From Ancylonema sp. (lineage: Eukaryota): 64,000 nt of DNA. Within the stretch, counting starts at the first letter, position 1. Every line of letters starts with the position of its first letter. The translations under genes and the position numbers were made by a program. Location of the stretch: positions 1 to 64,000 of the forward strand of contig JBFLGF010000102.1 in assembly GCA_050230475.1 (NCBI GenBank). The letters are read 5' to 3'. A model generated the notes under the pieces. The model saw only the letters and a program-made list of their open reading frames with translations, made no database searches and had not been told where the DNA came from. Shown here in pieces: positions 59,311 through 64,000 of this stretch.

Positions 59311-62300
59311 TTCCCCCTCCTAGAACTTTAGTGCAATCCTCAAACAATCTTGCCTCCACCTCGACTCATTCCTATCAGTCGCATGTTCTCCTTTAGCACT
59401 CCTGGTCCCACACACTTGTTCAACGTTTCTGCCCCCATGGCCTTTGTCTCAATTTGCTGCAACTCAATCCTCCCATCCCTCACGTGTTGGCGCACCGAAT
59501 GGAACTTCACCAAGATGTGTTTCGAACGTCGATGGAACACGGGATTTTCAGCCAACTTCTGGCACGACTCATTGTCTCCCACAATCAGAGTCCCCTTATC
59601 ATTCACCACACCCAGCTCCTCTTGCATCTGTCTCCTGTAAACCCCCCCGTTCACGGCACCACTCAACGCCACATACTCGGACTCGCAACTCGAGTGTGTC
59701 ACCACCTCTAGCAACGAGCTCCTCCACACAGCAGCACCACCACTCAAGAAAACATTATAATCTCCTCGCCCCCTCAACTCCTCGGTCTCACTAGCATTGC
59801 TAGCATCACAATACCCCCAAACTGGAACTTGACTCCCCTTACGGTCAAGTAGCCCCACGTCCGCACTCCCGTGCACATAGCGAAGAACTCGCTTCACCCC
59901 CTCCCAATGTGCCATCCCTGGATCTTGGGAGAAGCGACTCAACACACTCATGGCAGCCCCAAGGTCGGGGCGAGTCACGGTCATTAAGTACATGAGAGAG
60001 CCGATCGCCTCGCGATAAGGGTAGCACCCCATTAGCTCCCGCTCGGCTTCGGACTCAGGCTTTTGCTTGGCACTCAACTTGGACCCGGGCTCCAAGGGTG
60101 TAGATGCAGGCTTCGGGTTCTCCATCCCGAACCTCACCACCACCTCCTTGGCGTACTTCTCCTGTACCACGAACACGTCTCCCCCCGGAATCCGACGGAT
60201 CTCTATCCCAAGTAGAACTTTGCCTCCCCGAGGTCTTTCATCTTAAACTCTTGGTGGAGCATCCCCTTCACCGTCATGGATCTTCCCCAACATTTTCCCC
60301 AACAAAAACAAGTCATCGACATAGAGGGCTAGATACACCTTATCCGCCCCCTCCCCCCCTTTCACATAGATGCCGAAGTCTGAAACAAGCCTGTGAACCC
60401 CATGCCCACTAAGATCTTGTCGATGTAGAGCGGTTCCACTCCCTCGGAGCCTGCTTCAAGCCGTAAAGGCATTTTAGCAGTAGCCACACCTCATCACCCG
60501 GCAAGCACGCCCTCGGGCTGTTCCATGTAGACCTCCTCCTCTAAGGGTGCGTAAAGAAAGGCCGTCGTCACATCCATTTGATGCATCTCTAACCCCTCCG
60601 AGACCCCTAAAGCGATCAAACTCCTAATAGCTACAAACCGAACCGTAGGTGAGAATGATTGGTTGTAGTTGACCCCTTCAACCTGACTATACCCCTTGGC
60701 CACTACCCTAGCCTTGTATGTCACCACCTTTCCATCGACATCGGTCTTTAGCCGGAGCACCCACCTGGACTTTACCACTTTCTTCCCTCGGCCCACTAGC
60801 TTATAGACACCATTCTCCCTAAGGCTGCCCATCTCACTAGCCACCGCGGCTTGCCACTTTTTTGTCCTTCCCATTCATCGCCTCACCAAAAGTTTCCGGA
60901 CATTTTGAGCCTCTCCCACAAATGCAGCCATATACGGCTCGATGAAGCGCAATGGAGGGACACCCCTATTCTCCCTTCCACTACGCCGAGGGCTCTTCCG
61001 GTGCGGGTGGCTCTCCTCCCTCATCATCTCTCCGTCACTCCCATCATCGACATCACCGCCACCTCCGCCACCTTGCCCAAAACCATCATCGTTGTTGTTT
61101 GTCATCACCACCCTCATCCACCATCTTCAGCCTCATCATAATCATCATCGTCCTCCCCGTCCTCATCATCACTTGAATCCTCCACGAGATCGGGAATGAC
61201 ATCGACGACGATGGGTGGGGAATTTTGGGGAACCCTCTCGGAACTATCCCCTCCCATTTCGTCATCGTTCAAGTCCGGAAAGCCGATCGGCTCGTCGTCG
61301 AGCTCGGGGACTTTGGCTTTCCTCCCAACTCTCCTTCAGCCACCATGATGCCTTCACACCCTCATCGAACACCGGCTTCCCCACGTTCGTCGAGACGGTT
61401 CGCTTCACCGGATCCCACACCACCCGAAAAGCCGAACTCTCCGTGGAGTAATAACCGACCAACAACACTCCTTCTTGCCACCTCACCGCACCCATTTTTC
61501 CCGCCCGCTCTCCCTTCTCGAGAGAGAAGACAGTACACCCGACATCCGTATGCTCTCAAGTGTGCGATCGATGGCTTCTCCCCGGTCCACATTTCGTGAG
61601 GTGTTGCTGGCAGCCCACTAACCGCTCCCCGGTTACGTAGGTAGGTGGCAAGTGGCAATCGTCTCCGCCACAGACTCCCCGGTAGCCCTGTACCGTTCAT
61701 CATCGCCCTCGCCCGATCTTGAAGCATCCGGTTCATCCGCTCGACCACTCCGTTGGCTTGCGGCGAATCGGGCGGAGTGAATTCCTGCTCCACTCCCCTG
61801 GCCGCTAGCCACTTCTTGAGCGACGTCTTCGTGAACTCTCCGCCGTTTTCGGAGCGCAACTTCTTCACCTCCTACCCGACTGCTTTTCTTGCACGACGAC
61901 CCACTCCTTCAGAAGTAGCTCCGCGGACGCCTTGTCTTTCAGCGGGATCGCCCAATTGTAGCGCGTGTACTCGTCGACGAGGACCAGGTTGTAGGACGCC
62001 CCCCCGAGTGATTTCGGCTTGAAGGGGCCAGCCAGGTCCATGTAGACACGCCCGAATGGCTCCTGAGCGCGCAGCGCCGGATCGACGCGAGGATGCGGAG
62101 GAGACTGTCCCTTTCCCAACAGACAGCCAGCACACGGCCCAAGGTCCCCCATAATTTCGGAATCGAACCCGCGCACGAGCCCTTCCCGCAGCATCCTCTC
62201 CAATGGTCCCAGTGAGGCGTATCCGCAGCGTCGATGGAGTAGCTCGACATTGATATCCGCCCGCAGACACTCAGGGACTTCCAGCATTTCTTCGCCAAGG

Positions 62301-64000
62301 GCTGGTCGACTAATCAGCGTCGGTCGACCAGCGGAATTCTCGATCATCGCTGCAAATTGCATTGTTTTCCTGCAAAATTGTACAGCGGCACTTTTTGCCC
62401 GGTCTTGCCGGACATCGAGTAACTTCCCTCTTTTTCACGAAGCCTCTGCACCGAGAAATGTTCACATGCATTCCCGAGCATGTACAAGCGATCGTGCAAA
62501 TTGACGACAGAGTCCTCTCCGTCAACTCCCTCGGAGACCACTTTCCCGAGGCCCCAATACTCAAGTTTCACTTGTCCCTGCACTCGCTTGACGTGATATC
62601 CGGCCGGCACGGGCTTCATCCACACGAACTGCTTGGCGTCACTGCACATGTGATGATTGGCCCCGGAGTCACAGAGGTAGATGTTTTTGTCGCATCCGGC
62701 ATCACCTTCGCCGAGTACCACCTCCCCTGCCATGTCTTCCGAAAATCCAACTTCTGCCCGTCGACCGACTGGGCCGTCCACCGATTGGCCTCCCGGCAGG
62801 TGGCCCGCCTGCAGCAGCTTTCTGGCCCCGCGGCTTGTTGTCTCTTTGTCGAAGCAGATGCGTTCAAGGTGTCCCACTCCGCCACAGTAACTGCAGATTT
62901 TGTCCTTGTGCGGGCAATCTCGACCGAAGTGATCCGCACCTCCACACCTGTAGCACTCCTGGGAGTCGCCACCACGTCCACCAGCAGCACCGCGACCAGA
63001 TCCACCGCGACCACCAAGAGCTCCGCCACGAGGAACGAACTTCTTTCCGCCACCGGCACCTCGTCCTCCACCGTAGTATGCCTCAGCTGCCTCCTTATCC
63101 TTCGCGACTTTCGCAAAGAGAGTTGCACCGTGCGCAGCTCAATCCGACCTCTTCAATCTCCGCTTCTTGTCGTCGATTTGCGTGTAGATCCACACTATCG
63201 AAGGAAGTGGAGACGTCACCCAGTACGTATACCTGAGTGATTCATAGCTGTCATCGAGTGCGTCAAGCAGAGTCATCGAAATGTCCTCATCTGTAGGAAA
63301 GTAATTTTTCTGCCTACACTTTTCAGCCAATAGCTCGAGCCTGTGCTGCAATAGAACCACATCTTCCTTAGGATCAATGCGAAATGCACGAAGCTCTTCT
63401 TTCATCTGTTGTGTCATGCCCGGAGGTAGTCTCTCTCTATCTTCTCCTAGATGTCTGCAGGATTCCTAGGAACAGAGTTCAACAATTGTACTAGAGAATC
63501 GTCAATGGACTGAGTCAAAATTGAAACGCCTCTCTTGTAGCGCTTTGAAACGCCTCTCTTGTAGCGCTTTGCAAAGTCTTTCAGATCAGCCACGTTGTCA
63601 TCCATTGCTGCCTGGTTAGTTATTTTTCCCAGCGCATCAAGAGTTGGCAAAACTTCGACAGGAATCGTCTCTTTTCTCTGTGTGATCCTCAGCATCGGCT
63701 TCATCGAGAGTGGCAAACACTTTTGTGCTCCAAGCACCAAAAAAAATCCCATTGAAATAAGTTTTTTTGCTGATACCATATTGCATATTGAACGTGCACT
63801 ACTCTCCTTTATGTAAAAGCAAAGTATTCAAGAAGTGCAAATTCAGAATTCATATATCAATTCATCATGGTCTCCTTGCAAGAAATTATTCTTCAAAAAT
63901 ATAGTATAAATTTCAGACTCGAGAGTCTTAGAACAAACCAACGCAAACCCTAACTGATGCAACTTCTGGGATCGACAGCCCCTGACCTCTAAGCATACCC
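58712..64000 (-). mobile_element. Ty1/Copia LTR retrotransposon, near full length, frameshifted
   Basis: Minus-strand order: 5' LTR (63779 to past window end), PBS TGGTATCA (63778-63771), gag with two CCHC knuckles, protease DSGANHHMC, integrase (MDLAGP, RSENGGEF, QANGVVERMNR), RT (KARVVAKGY, MDVTTAFL, YREAIGSLMYL), RNase H (YCDA, ESEY, GDN, KHI), PPT GGAGGGGGAA, 3' LTR. Confidence 0.95.

Overview
Eukaryotic nuclear DNA, most likely from a streptophyte green alga (inferred from plant-type proteins, short GT-AG introns, GC-rich exons and AT-richer spacers; species not determinable). Six spliced host genes: DNA ligase I, glycolipid transfer protein, a large BEACH/WD40 protein, mitochondrial EF-Ts head-to-head with IMP dehydrogenase, and a paladin-like triple PTP-domain protein. 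The spacers hold decayed transposons: a non-autonomous LTR-like family (three locations), two related solo LTRs, hAT and pogo elements or remnants, a Gypsy integrase-PHD remnant and a near full-length Copia element. The most unusual feature is at about 54.0-57.05 kb. Removing a solo LTR with a 4-bp TSD rebuilds an ORF with the layout of a DNMT3-like cytosine methyltransferase in which motifs I, IV and VI are all replaced, a candidate mobile-element pseudo-methyltransferase. Exon boundaries and similarities were read by eye; no searches were run.
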